Origin: Eledone cirrhosa
Taxonomy: Eukaryota
Length of the DNA: 64,000 nucleotides
Reading direction: 5' to 3'
NCBI GenBank assembly: GCA_964016885.1
Contig: OZ024753.1
Location: 34,224,001-34,288,000 of the forward strand
Shown here: positions 37,591 through 52,529 of the stretch, piece by piece
Position numbering within the stretch: position 1 is the stretch's first letter
How the letters are laid out: each line of letters begins with the position of its first letter
The notes under the pieces: model-generated
The model's database searches: none
Told to the model about the DNA's origin: nothing
What the model saw: only the letters and a program-made list of their open reading frames with translations
Position numbers and translations under genes: made by a program

Positions 37591-39183
37591 TGAATATCAA
37601 TATATGAAACAACGATATTTTTCCTTCCCAAATATTTTAGCTTCAATCTTTTTTATAAAACATAAACATTTTTTAAATCATTATTATAAGTAAAATAGTA
37701 ACGCAAATTAAATATTTAATAGACATTTTCCAGATATTGCTCTCCTCTTTTTCGATGCTAAAATTTTGTTAGTCTTTAGTTATCTGCTCTTGTTTTGAAG
37801 TACTACATTTCAAATATGCTATGTTAATCACTTTTCTTAAAAAGTAAAATACTATATTATGAATGAATTAACTGCTGAGGTTTCTAAAAACACTAGTTTC
37901 GGACAGAAAAGAGAAACGTCTCCTTGTTTTAAATTGGTGTTTATAAGGAATAATATTAGAATACAACTTTAGTATTAGTCATAGACAACACGCATCTCAC
38001 ACTTTCGAAGTCACTACAAAAGCCAGGTCCTACTGTCTCTGATCATTCCCAGTGATGTTTCATTTACAATATAACAAACCCTGCATCCCAAGTACTGTTC
38101 TTCCTCAAGTTCAGAAAATATTTCAGCTTTCAACAGTTGCTAACTCTTTATAATACTCAAGTGAGACACAATGCGATATTGCTTCAACATGCTTATGCAC
38201 ACATGGTCTATAGTATTTTACGTCCGCAAAAGCAATGGTATCTCTATTTCCATTTGTATAATAAAATAACTATATTATTCAATTATTTTTCGTGTATTCC
38301 CTGTGAAATACTCAAATATTTCATGCGTAATAAAAGTCGAACCTCTACATAGACATTTGATTTGCTAGAAATAACAGCTAAATATCACCCGATCCAAACA
38401 CAGAGGAATCAAACTCCCACTGTCATCGCCTCTGTCTCTCCCCATCTCATTAATATGAGCAAATAGGGCCCCACACGCTGGTGGACAGAATAGAGAAGGC
38501 GTTTCCCCGGAGGGTGGTGAGACAGAAGCGCTGGAAGAGCCATTCCACTCGCAGGGCTCACTCCGGCTAGCCAGCTCTGCACTGATTGATGGTGGTGAGT
38601 AGGGAGGTGGCCTTAATCACAATCCTAAACCCTAATCCCAACATCTTGAAATAAATTAGCACAGATTAACCCGAGTCCCTGACCTTAACTCTTAACCATG
38701 ACCTCTAATCCTAAAACCTTAACCCCTAACAATAACTAGAAACACTAAACCCTAATTTGGACTAAAAGAGTTTGGATTATCGTCTAATTTATATTAAGTT
38801 ATCAAGGAAGGGTGTGACATTCTGGAGAAGCGCCTCTTTTATAAATGTAAAATACATTACCTACTGCCCAACTGATTGGTAACTAGTTGCTCACCAATAC
38901 ACTCTGATCTTCGTCTAACAGACATGCTGTCTCCTCCCTCTACTGTTACACCACTGCTACTGCATGGCCTCTGCTGTTCACACTTTTCAAGGTGGTTTTT
39001 GGTGGGTTGGTATTAAATTCAAGACCAATATCATGCTGAAACATTTTAATCACATCTGAAAGAAGCAAAAGTAAAAAGCAATGTCGACCCTCTGGCAGGA
39101 TTTGAACTTAAAATGTAAGAGATGCAACTAAATGTTGCACAATACACATTCTGCCACAAATCACCCTCAGTGCTAATAATAAT

Positions 39184-39385
39184 GGTTTCTGATTTAGGCA
39201 CAAGACCAACAATTTGGGGGAAGGGAAAGTCAATTAAATCGACCCCAGTGCATTACTGGTACTTTATTTTATCAACCCTGTAAGGATGAAAGGCAGAGCT
39301 AACCTCGGCAGGATTTGAACTCAGAACATAAAGAGACTTAACTCTATGTTGTGAAACATTGAAACATCGTGTCTCACGCTCTACT
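39184..39385 (-). mobile_element. Related SINE, minus strand
   Basis: gcaggatttgaactcag (B box, reverse complement) plus core. Confidence 0.75.
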
Positions 39386-40891
39386 GGTTTCTGTAGATTT
39401 GGTGTAGCATAATTGCTAGTATGCTCGCCTGCAAAGCAGATATATAGTTTGACCTATTCTTTCTCTTTTCCCTCACCAGTGTCTGAGGTTCTACACAAAC
39501 ATAATCACTGCCCTTCTTCATCAGACTAGAGCATGTGTAAAACAAAACAAAAAAACAGTTTTACTTAGGTTCTGAATTGATATAATGTTGCTCCAGCTTT
39601 CAGATTTTAGGGATCTGACTGTTAGTTAGAGTAGTTGTTGTAGTTAATTAGACCAACCATACATACTTGAATGTAAACCAAGGAATATGTGACAAAAAAA
39701 AATCGATGGTAAAATGTTGTGGCGTCTGTATATAAATGATTGATTAGTTGCCTCGGCTTATAAATAGGGTTTTAACTTTTGCCTATTTCTCAGACATAAA
39801 ATAGGAAGGTCAGCTTATATATGGTATGTTAATTTTGATTGAGTATACCTATGATCAATGATGTTCCACCTCTGACCATTCTGTCTTTTTCTATATCAGA
39901 ATATGGATGCAGTATGGTCAAATGGTTAAGAATTTCACATTCACTTGTCATTGCCTTGAGTCACCCATGCTTTGAAATTAGTATATGAAAGCTGTTTGGA
40001 ATCCTTTTGGATGGACTGAGCCTGTAATTCAAATGGCCAGCCTTGTCATACACCCTGTGTTATGCTGAATCTCCCTGAGAATTGTGTTAAGAATGCACGT
40101 GATCATGGAATGCTCAGACACTTACATGTTGTTACATTGTTCAAACTATTGGAACATTAAAATCTCAAACCTGATAGAAATTCATTCTCTCTCAGAGTAG
40201 TTAGAAATATTGCTCGGGTACTATGGTGCCTTTCCAATTCCATGAGGAGTTACTGGTCCATACATACATTGTGTTTTTAATATCTGATAAAAGAAGGGGT
40301 TAGTCATAATCAGGGTCTCCAAGAGAAATTTTGCAAGGCGGTACAAGACCCCATTTGGGGCCTGAAGCAGACAAAGATTTTTCTCAAAATGGATGTTGCA
40401 TGGTTGCTGTGGGGCCTTCTTAGCTCTTGGGCCCTGAAACAAAGTACCAGCTGGACCCCCCTCTCAAAGGCCCTGGTCATGATCTAGATCAGGAATGGCA
40501 ATCCTCTGGAATGCATGCCTAAGATGGGACATGCAAACATTTTACTGGTACATAGAAATATAACTTTCTTTGTGAATTAACACTTTTGTTACTATATTTC
40601 TAATGACCTGAAGTAAGTAATGAAGAATTTCGAGGGATTTACTAGAATTGATAATTGTTTAATTATGGAACATGGTAGTTTTGTACTCTCGCTTGCTTAA
40701 TACTGATGAAACAAGCCTCTGGGCTTGAGACAGACTTTACCTTTTTTTTTATTTCTAGTGACATGATATTTCTGTTATATGTGGTGTAAGTGTTTTGTTT
40801 TTAAGGCCATCCCCAGTGTTTATTAGGTTTGTTATTTGCGATGTCTAATTAAGGATGTTTTGTGATGTATCTACAATTCATTTGTTAAATG

Positions 40892-41755
40892 CTTGTACTG
40901 TAGTGTCTATGTTGGTGATTGTGGTGGTGTTGGATATGTATTATAGTGTTGTAGTGTCTATGTTGATGGTTGTATGTACTGTAGTGTCTATGTTGGTGAT
41001 TGTGGTGGTGTTGGATATGTATTATAGTGTTGTAGTGTCTATGTTGATGGTTGTATGTACTGTAGTGTTGGATATGTATTATAGTGTTGTAGTGTCTATG
41101 TTGATGGTTGTATGTACTGTAGTGTCTATGTTGGTGATTGTGGTGGTGTTGGATATGTATTATAGTGTTGTAGTGTCTATGTTGATGGTTGTATGTACTG
41201 TAGTGTCTATGATGGTGGTTGTGGTATTGTTGTATGTACTGTAGTGTCTATGTTGGTGGTTGTGGTATTGTATGTACTGTAATGTCTATGTTGGTGGTTG
41301 TGGTGTGTTGGATATGTGTATTGTAGTGTCTATGTTGGTGATTGTGGTGTTGTATGCAATGTAGTGTGTTTGTTGGTGGTGTTGGATGTGTATTGTCGCA
41401 TCTATGTTGATGGTTGTGGTGTTGTATGTGTTGTAGTGTCTATGTTGTTGACTGTATGTATTGTAATGTCTATGTTGGTGGTTGTGGTGTTGTTGAATGT
41501 ATGAACTGTAGTGTTGTTATGTCTATGTTGGTGGTTGTGGCATTGTTGGATATGTGTATTGCAGTGTCTATGTTGGTAACTGCGGTGTTGTATATACTGT
41601 AATAGGGTGTCTATGCTAGTGGTTGTGGTGTTGTTGTGTATATGTATTGGAATGTCTATGTTGGTTGTGGTGTTGTTGACTGTATGTACTGTACTGCAGT
41701 GTCTATGTTGGTGGTTGTGGTGCTGTTGTATGTACTGCAGTGTCTATGTTGGTGA
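40892..41755. repeat. GT-rich minisatellite with higher-order repeat
   Basis: Units built on GTAGTGTCTATGTTGGTGRTTGTGGT; homogeneous at the left, diverged at the right. Confidence 0.95.
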
Positions 41756-44700
41756 TCGGGCCTGGTAAGTAGAAGCTAGTATGTCTCCAAACTGGACTAA
41801 TTGGATCGAGGCCATGCTGGGGCACCACCTAGAAGCGTTTTTAGTTGATCATATCAACGGCCAGTCTTTATTTCTATTTGTTCACCTGCTTAAGTTACGA
41901 GACACAAACTATAAACAATCAACAATATAAGTACAAACATGGCCACACTGTCAACTAATAAATAAGTTATATTTATGAGGTTCCTAGCAATAGTTAATTG
42001 TATTTATTATATGTGTTTATATTTTCATTCTATAAAAATTGTGAACAATCTATAACGTTATTTATACAACTGTGAATAGAATGTAATATGATCTTCATCT
42101 TATAACATTACGAAAAAAATAAATCGTATTTCCAAATTCATCAATTTTGAACATCTGTTTATGTCGGAACGTATGTAGTAGAAACTTGCTTAAGATAATT
42201 AAATATCTCGAGAAAACATGTTACACGTAGCCAAAAAAAGAAAAACAATTATTCATGAAAACAAGGGAAGTCACTCATGTTTTACTAAGAGTTCAAAATT
42301 CACCTGTTTATATATTGAAAGTTCTGTAAAAGTGAAAGTTAACATAAAGTAAACAAAGACTATCGTATATAATTTATCGAGAAACTTTCGACGCCTGTTA
42401 CATTAAAATTAATAAATAAAGATAGCTTACGCAGTAAATTTGATACATAGTCGTTGTTCAAATTTAATTCAGAACCAGTGAGGAAGATCTATGATTTAGC
42501 GATATATATTTCATAGGAACACACCTAATTTTATATCATACATATGAGGTTTATTTAGTATGAGACATCAGGCGCGTATTGCGTTTAACTTGTCACTGTT
42601 CATTCTTATCTGATTAAATATTTACGTGGTGATGACAGGTGTGACGTATTTAGCTGGTTACACAATTTAAATTCTTTTCGTAAAACCAACACAGATATCG
42701 GAGTTATCTTAATGTGTTTATAAGTTTCGTTTTAAAATGGTGTTATGTTACACCTTAAAAAAAAAAATCTAATAAAGGGAAACAAACATTCGAAACCGAA
42801 TCAAAGTTGAAATTCTACTTTTCTTGTTATGTGGTAATACTGCGAGTGTATCTGTCACAAAAATTAAGGGAGTCTCCGATGATTCGTGGTTGTTATTGTG
42901 TGATTCATAGTGCTGGCCTCCTTTTTTTTTTCTTCATTAGGCAATCGTCATTTTCTCTCATTTATATCTATATATTTTAGGTAAATTTATAGAACACCTC
43001 ATCGATTTCATTGTGAAAGCCTAACCCTAATCTGGGAAAAAAGCCGATTACGAGCATCTTCGAAGTCAGATTAGTTGATAGCACACGAAAAAAAAAATGT
43101 TTCTCAACAAACGCTAGGGTGTGTGTGTGTGTGTGGGGGGGGGGGTGTATGTGGAACTCCGATGTCCCCCCCTTCCCCTCCTTTTTCTATAAAGCTAGTT
43201 TCCGACTGGTTTGGGTCACATTCGTTGATAACACGCGAAAATTTAAATAAATAAAACGTAGAGAAAACTCCGAGGAGGGGATGCACATCCATCCTAGCCC
43301 CTCCTCGGAGTTTTCCTGGAAAAAAAAGTCGATTGCGAGTATCTTGGAGGTCAGATTAGTTAATAGCACATAACAAAAAAAAACGAGGAAAAACATTTCC
43401 CCCCACAGAAATTGATGGGGGTATTTTAAACCTGAAAATAAATGTTTGTCCAATAATATAAGAGGGAAACTCCAACGTCTCCCGAAAAAAAAAAAATATA
43501 TATATATATATACGGAACTGTAAATATTTATTGTTTAAAACACTAAAAGTTTATCAAACACTTCTTCTCTGGACTTTGTTGTAAATTTCATTCTTTTTTT
43601 TACACACCTTACTAATATATATTTTTGTTACCGACAGTAAAAGTATATTCTATTTAAATCCAAGTTAAAGCTTGATACTATTACTTGTTGAACTTAAATT
43701 ACCTGCATGATCAATACATCTTTGCTGTTTATTTCTTGTGGAAACAAGCTTCCACGTCGATACATTGATAACAATCGGGCACAGCATAAACTATAATCAA
43801 TCGCATAATTAGTATAAGTAATTTTTTTTTTGTTTTCAAAATTTAGATTTACCACGTATAACTTATATAGACACTTCTTTTTTCAGTAGATAAAATATGT
43901 TGACATAGTAATAAATAAAGTAAATTGGGTGCTCTAATAGTATTTATATTAATAGAAATGGTTTAGCAGCCTTAGGCTGAGCAGTATGCAGAAATCCAAC
44001 TACTTCCGTCTCTGCAATCGACTCCTACCACCACTGATCCTCTTGCTCCTCCTTCTCCTCCTACATTACCCTTACACTTGTCACTACAGTTGTTGCTACC
44101 CCGGCTACACACATTCCTCTCACTACACCCCTCTCTTCTATACTCTTCCTGTTTCTTTCAATCAGCCTATATATATTACGCCACTGCTCTGACTATCTTC
44201 GTCTGTTTACTCTATCTATCTATCTATCTTTCTCTTATTCCTCCGCCCCCTTTTCTTTTTTTTTTTTACTCTCACTCCCAATGTTCTACCCCCTCGCTTA
44301 ATGTAACATTTCATTCCTCTTTTCTCTCACTCAATTTATTTCTCTCTCTCGGTTTTTCACACACACCCCCATCCTCCGTTCCTCTTACTAATTTTGCTCA
44401 TATCTGTTATTTCTCCCTCACTCTTTCTCATTCTCTCTCTCTCTCTCCGTTTATATGTTCCTAGCTCTATCTTTCTATTCTCCTCTTCCTTCCGTCTGCT
44501 TGTCTTCACCTCGTTTGCTTTAACTACAACAATCCGAATGGTAAGTCTGCAATTTTTTATTTATTTCCTAATAGGAGAAAAACTAAATTTCCACACCCCC
44601 ATATGTTTTTGTTTTGTTTTTTTAATACGTGTGTATATATATATATGCATGTTTGTTTGTATATCACCTATCTGCAACCGGACCCTGACTATTCTTAATT

Positions 44701-46311
44701 AGAGCTCTTCATGGTGGGCGATCGTAGCTCTGTAGCAGCTCTTACGGAGCTACTATGTTCGACTGTGTGTGTGTACGTTTTTCTTGAAACCTTTTTTCTG
44801 TTTGTATATATCTTGTTAGGATCTCCATCTGCTGATAAAATGGACCTAGAAAAACGGAAGGGACAGACACACATATATTCATTCAGATTCGACAGTTACT
44901 TCTTCCATCCAAAATTGAACTGAAACCCTTTGTTTTTGTTTGTATATTTAGCTGTCGTGGGGGTTGGCATCCGCTTCGTGTTACGATCACCAGAGAAGCT
45001 CTTAACCTGCCACTAACACACGACTACGGTAGGTCGTAAATGAAACCTCACCCCCTACACTTCATGTAGTCTAGCTTCTTTTATAAGAGTTCTGGGGGAG
45101 CAGAATAGAAAAGAAATAGAAGCAAAAGGGTAATGAATGGTGTCCACACTTTTTGAATCCCTTATTTTTCCTAGCTACAAACATTGCAATGACCTACTTG
45201 CTATTTCATCCTTTGTTCTTTTCTCTCCATCCGCCATATTTTCTATGTTACTATTAGTCTCTCTACCTCACTCTCTTTCAAACGCACATACGCAGACATA
45301 TTCTCTCTCATTCTATCCCTCCCCTCTATCAATCTATATTTTCTTTCTATCTATCTATTCTCTTTTTCTTCCTTCTTCTTCTTTCTATCCCCCATTTCGA
45401 CTATATTTCTCTTTCTCTCCGTCCTGCAAGATTTAAGAATATACACCTAAAGACAAACCAGGCTTTTGTTTTTGTTTCTGTTTTGTTAAACCTGATCTGT
45501 TTACATTTATCTATTTATCTCGTCCCCACCCTCACTCTGTATATCGTGTATATATATATATATATAGTAATATATACACATATATATTACTATCATTATT
45601 GGTTACTGATCTGATCTAGACACAAGGCCAACAATTTTAGGGAGGAGGGGAAAGTCGATTAAAGACCTCAGTGCATTACTGGTACTTTATTTTATCAACC
45701 CCTTAACGAGGAAAGGTAAAGCTAATCTCCGCAGGATTTACTATCATTATTACCACTGAACTATATTTCATCTTGTTCGACATGACTGTTTTGTAAATAT
45801 TACTTTAAAGAAAAATAAATCATATTTCTCCCCAACTATCTTAACATACCTTTATGTAAGTCAATACCCGTCCTTTTCCACTTTAGAGGGTTTTAATAAA
45901 CCCCACTATCTGGCTAACTTTATTTAGTCAAAATACGGCGAAAGCCTCTAATTTACTAATATATATATATATATATATATATGTATAGAAAAAAAACTGG
46001 GGGGAAATATATAGAAAGTACACATCAATATCGAAACGAATTCGATCTGGGTGGCGGGGTGACGGAACATAAAGGTAGATGTGTTGTTGATAAATATCTT
46101 GGTTCTCGGTGATGTGTCACGCTGGATTGTGGTATGTCGACATAAGCACGCATATTCATACACCTGCTGTAAGTTCATTTCTGGACATCGCACCTCCCTT
46201 ACCTTCGACCATACGCATTAATCTCCAAGGAAAGCATTTCCTACCCTCATCTTTTATATTTTTACATTGCTGAAGGATCAGTTAAACACATATACATACA
46301 TAAACACATTT

Positions 46312-46356
<45 letters not shown>

Positions 46357-48287
46357 CTACATAGTAAATAAATAGTTAAGGATCAGTAGTCACTGCTTTT
46401 TTTTATTCGCAAAATATCAAAATAGAAGCAGCAGGATTATAAATAAATACCCATTGAGTAGTAGTAACAAAAAAAAAAAAAGGAGGAATCCAAAGTATGC
46501 TATTTTATTGTTGTTGTTGATACTATTGTGTGTTGTGTGTTACATTTCTCATCTAAATTTGTCCCCAACGTTTCTTGGTAATGATTTAGAAAATTATATT
46601 CATATCAATACGTTTGTTTGGTAAAGAGTGAAATTCTTGTAGTCAGTTTCTGAGAGGGCAAATGGAGACCCCGATTTTGTGTCCAGTTTAGTCGGGTTGG
46701 CAACGACGACTGCTGCTGCCTGTTTGCCGATAAATCTAGTTAGTTGGTCACATAGTTGAGTGTGTTACTAAATCCATACTCAACGAAACAGCATGCATTC
46801 CAGCAACTGCAACTAAGCACAACATAGTGTAGTGTAGTGTCTATGATGTGGAAGGGTGTGACTCTATATACACTAAAGGCTCTCTCTTTCATCGTTCTTG
46901 TCGCTAACAACGTGTGTAATGTGTATCGGGAGTCGAATAAAAATACCTCGTAGACATGTACAATATCTGTTCTGTATTGTGTTCTCACAAGTCCGCGATT
47001 TTATGTGTATTTGTATTCTATATACTTTCGCAATGTCTATTTGTACAGTACTTGGCAACATATTGTATAAATCTGATGCCAACTAGACACTGCAACTGTA
47101 GAAGAAACAATAGTTGTTAGTATGCAGCGCGAGGTTTTTTTTTGTTTTTTTTTTTAAATTAATTAATCATATTTACATAATTGGTGTTATTACTGCGCAG
47201 GATAGACTTGAAAAGGGATGAGGTTGTAACCTTTTGAGGGATCTATTAACAGGAAAGGAAAATAAACCAAACCAAACCAAACCATTTAGTGGACTTAAAT
47301 CACGTCTTTTTCCACACATGCTACCACTTCTTATGTACACACGCGTAGGAGTTAAAAACACAATAAGGAGTTTATATATTATATATATATAATCTGTGTG
47401 TATGTATGTTTTTTTTTTGGATGTACACAATACAGTATATTTGTTCGAAGCAAATAATTCGCATCGTTGCTACTCGGAGTTAGTTGTGAGGTATGTGCGA
47501 TCGATCGTTCGGGCGATACACACGAACTATATATATATATATATTTATAATGTGTGTGTATGTGTGAGTCCCGGATTCAATCGGAGGTAACCACAGTAAG
47601 GTACTCAATACATTAGTAGAGTATATACAGATTTCCTTCGAATGAAACAGTTCTAGTCATTTCTATATTAAATTAAATTTTATATATATTGTATGTGACA
47701 TAATTGCACGATTTACCGCACTAAAAATTCTTTAATGCAATCGCGCAATAGAGTTTTATCCAACAGAATGTTCTAAGGTTTAAAGTGAAACCTTTTAATA
47801 ATTGCGTTGTCAATCTGGGAAGCCACCATTGTACATTACACATCTACAACAATACATTTCACATTGCGTTTGTACTTTAGACCAAGTCTATGTAGCTATT
47901 TCTTTATTTTCTCCGCGTGTAGTAGTTTTAGTTTTAGACTTATTTATACCCTGTTTTAGATTTATTTTTATTTCCTCCCACTGCCGACTTAATCGTTTGG
48001 TTTAATCAATCTGTATCTCGTTCATTACGACATAGGAAACAGTTGATTGTGTTATCTGGTGTAGCCGTCCGTCTATCTATCCTGTCGATCAATAAGTACT
48101 GATCTGGTTAGCTAGCCCCATTTTAACTCAACCCAGTAGAGTAGTTGCTCGTAGTAGTAATTCAAAGTGGTGAGAAAAAACACAAAATGGGCTTAGTTTC
48201 ATTATTGTTCGCATACCATGTGTATGTATACAGTGGTCTGAGTTATCTCATCTCCCACCCGCACACATTCGCTTTCTCTATATAAAT

Positions 48288-48842
<555 letters not shown>

Positions 48843-48846
<4 letters not shown>

Positions 48847-48942
48847 GGTATCCCCAAAATGTATTCACACTTCAACAGCATTCTAATAAATATTACCTGT
48901 ACATGTAATCAAAATATGTATACATCTTTGGGGACACCCTGT
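48843..48942. mobile_element. Tc1/mariner-type MITE (about 100 bp)
   Basis: CAGGGTATCCCCAAA...TTTGGGGACACCCTG-TA TIRs; second copy at 54568-54672. Confidence 0.75.
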
Positions 48943-51079
48943 ATACGCGTGTACACACATATATGTATACATATGTATATATATATATATATGTGTGAAC
49001 CCCTTGTACTGAGTACATATCTCATTTAACTCAAGAGTTTACCTGGTTATGTATTTATAGTTGTTTAGGCTTAGGTCAGCCTACAGTGAAAGAGACCTAT
49101 CATCAAAGGTGTTCCAGCTGTGATCAACTCGTCTTTTGTATTGCGCCACACTATCTAGGAGAAGACTACATTATCCAATATCTTCTCCCTTTTAAAGGTG
49201 GGTAGGATGAGATTTGACTAATCTAGTATGTAGCGGCTCCCTCAATGAATGGTATATTATATTCGTGTCAGCAGATTTGAATACTTCGTGGAAATACACC
49301 TGTCCCGAACAGTTCTATTAATTGAATTATTTACAACAGCGAACTGTTGAGTCTTATGAATCCGTATATTTATATTTCACAATCATCGACATTACATTTG
49401 ATTTTTCTAGTTTGGAAGCGTGTAACCCTTTCGTTACCATATTTCTAGTGAAATACATTGCCTATGATCTTCAAATAATTTTGGAAATAGCCAAGGATTT
49501 GGAGAGGTTTAGTATTAAAACCACCTGTCTCATTATTAAACTGACATTTGGAACATAATTTAATAAAAAGTTCTTACATAAAATTATAATTGAAGGTTTT
49601 AGATAAATATAAACACTAAGTAGTTTTGTATCATAGAACCAGGGACTGTTTGGTATCAGAAAGACTTATAAAATAATTACTAGAAACATACCAAGTTAAA
49701 CAAATTAGACCTGCTATCATTAGGCCTAAAAGAAAACAGAATATTTTCCTATCTACCAAAATTGCTTCTGATGCATGTTTAGAAGAGGAAAACATAGGAA
49801 GTTGTGATTTTCAAGATTTATCCAACGCATGGTATTATTTGTTATTGTTTTAGATTGAGGTCGGCCCTGAACGAGTAAAACTAACAATCAGTTGTTCATT
49901 TCATTCATGACCATTATGGACATTTTCTTGAAGCATATTGTATTTTAGACCACTCTCTCTAACCCTTTTTTTTTTCACGATACGAACCTCAAATATTACT
50001 GAGAGACTTATAAAGAACTGTTTACGATACGATGATCAAATGTAGCGGAACTATAAAGAATCTTTAAACTCTATAATAGAAAGAATAAAGAATAAATATG
50101 TACATGCCTTTTATGTTTCCTTTTATTAAAAAAAAACAACTATAAAAGGAATAACATTAAACTAGAATCTTTAGAATGCCATGAAAAGATGCCAAACCCT
50201 GTAGAAACCCCCTTTTTTTTCACGAACCGTGAACATATTTTAGTCAACACTTAGGGTCTGTAAGAACATTGTTCTTTTGGTAAAAAAAAAGATGGTATGG
50301 TGTAATTCGAGGGACATTTTGATATATATATAGCAAAGAGGTCAAGCGATCTTGTTGGCTAGGTGCCATTAGTGAAGGATTGATGGTGAGTCGCGAGCTT
50401 CGTTCGCTGGAACTCATCTGTGTTAATTAAAAGTTCATATGTATCATATAATTTCTGATCTGGAATATGAAAGGGAAAACGAAAAAAAAAAAGCTTCCCT
50501 CTCAGCTAAAAAAAAACAGAAAAAAATTGTGTGGTTATGTGTATTTGAAAGTCAAAGGTCACATAATGTGGTTATTCTGTTAAATATATTTATCAGCAGT
50601 TAATTTTAGTAGTATTACTATTAATAATAGATTGATATGTTTGTCGAAGTGGTTTGCTAATAGTGACTGTCGTTAGTTGCTATGGTTATCCTTAGGCTAG
50701 TATTTTTAGTATTATTTTTTAAAATAAACATTGCTTATCACTGGTGCTGCTGCTGCCATGACCTAGCAAACGAGGAAAGCCTCTGGAACTGCTAAAAATG
50801 GCACCCTCACATCGAAATATACTTTTGGATATGTAAAAAAAAAAAAGATAAAAATAAAATAAAAAAGATGAGATGTTCAAGGCTGGAACGTCTTTTGATC
50901 TTAAATTTGTTCGGCCATGGCTGACCTGGGGTTTAAAAACTGCCACCTACTCCTTAAGCAACATTGGACTTGATCCAATTGAGAAGTATGGGAATTAAGA
51001 ATGGAAACGACTGCTAATTAATTATGTAAACGATTATCTTCGATAACGGAATGGGTTTCCAAACACCTGTTAAACGACT

Positions 51080-51489
51080 ATTATTGGTTTTAGGGCGGTG
51101 GATTGGCAGTATCAGTAGAGAGTCGGACGCCATGCTTTCCAGCATAGTTACGTCCCTTTACGATCTGAGTTCAAATCCCGCCGAGGTTCACTTTGCCTTT
51201 CATCCTTACGGGGTCGGTAAAATAAAGTACCAGTAATGCACTGGATAATTGCTGGCCTTGTGCCTAAAGTAGAAACAATTATTGGTTTTAGGGCGGTGGA
51301 TTGGCAGTATCAGTAGAGAGTCGGACGCCATGCTTTCCAGCATAGTTACGTCCCTTTACGGTCTGTGTTCAAATCCCGCCGAGGTTAACTTTGCCTTTCA
51401 TCCTTACGGGGTCGATAAAATAAAGTACCAGTAATGTACTGGGTAATTGCTGGCCTTGTGCCAAAAGTAGAAACAATTATTGGTTTTAG
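51080..51489 (+). mobile_element. Tandem head-to-tail SINE dimer, 198-bp period
   Basis: Two full SINE copies; attattggttttag occurs at 51080, 51278 and 51476. Confidence 0.92.
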
Positions 51490-51870
51490 CGTATCACTTT
51501 TAATCTTGTTAGTATCAAAATGGAAGTGGAACTTAAACAAAGATTGGCCGTCAATTACCACATATTCTTGACTATAAACCTGACCCCACTATTTTATGTT
51601 TAAAAAAAATGGACAGAAATCCGAACCTTATTTACGTAGAATTCGAAGTTGGTGAAAACCGTCAAAAATATTGACTCCGAATATAAAGCGACATCTACCT
51701 TCAATTTTTGTGGGGGTCACAGATTCCTCGCCTTATATTCGAGTATATACGATATATCTTTTTAGCTAAACCACTCTAACATATTTTAATATTTGCATTC
51801 ATCATCACCATCGTTTTACTCCCACTTTTTCCACGCTAGCATGGGTTTATATATATATATATATATATAT

Positions 51871-52185
51871 GGAGGCACATGGCTTAGTGGTTAGAGCATT
51901 GGCCTTGCAATCGAAAGGTTGTGAGTTCAATTCTCAGACCGGGTGATGTGTTGTTTCCTTGAGCAAGACACTTTATTTCACATTGCTCCAGTTTACTCAG
52001 CTGTAGAAATGTCCCTATCATTCCACTGTAGAGTGGTCGTGGAGGTGCCACGGCAAAAAAGCACCCAGCACTCACTGTAAATGAGGTTGGTGTTAGGAAG
52101 GGCATCCAGCTGTAGAATCAAGCCAGAATCAGTTCCCGTCCCACACTTGCAAGCAGGGAAAAAGTGGACGTTAAATGAAATGATG
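51871..52185 (+). mobile_element. Second tRNA-derived SINE type (CORE/Meta-like body) carrying an RTE 3' tail
   Basis: TGGCTTAGTGG A box, GAGTTCAATTC B box, ccttgagcaagacacttt...tgctccagtttactcagctgta body, then RTE 3' UTR sequence. Confidence 0.75.
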
Positions 52186-52483
52186 ATATATATATAAGCA
52201 TGGGCGAGTTGAGAGAGAAACTGTATAAGAGGAATAAACAGTAGTGTGCAGGAGAGAAGACTACAATGGTATGGCCATGTGATGACCGCTCGGTGAAAAA
52301 GTGCCAGGTGATCCCAGTGGAAAGAAGACACAGTAGAGGAATAGTCCACAGAAAACATGGGTGGAGGTGGTTAGGGCTGACTTCAGATCGTTGAAGCCCA
52401 GGACCGTGACAAATGGAGAGATGATGTGCTGAAGAGGATCCAACCCACCCTTGCAAGCAGGGAGAAGCAGATGTAAAATGATG

Positions 52484-52529
<46 letters not shown>

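Noticed and set aside
38620-38760. Interstitial telomere or chromosome-fusion scar
   Set aside because: Only short, highly degenerate TAACCC-like units with no head-to-head arrangement; more likely part of a dispersed repeat
40855-41602. Hydrophobic Val-rich ORFs resembling membrane proteins
   Set aside because: Translations of the GT-rich minisatellite
43986-45436. Leu/Ser/Phe-rich ORFs
   Set aside because: Low-complexity CT-rich sequence with no consistent exon structure or domain
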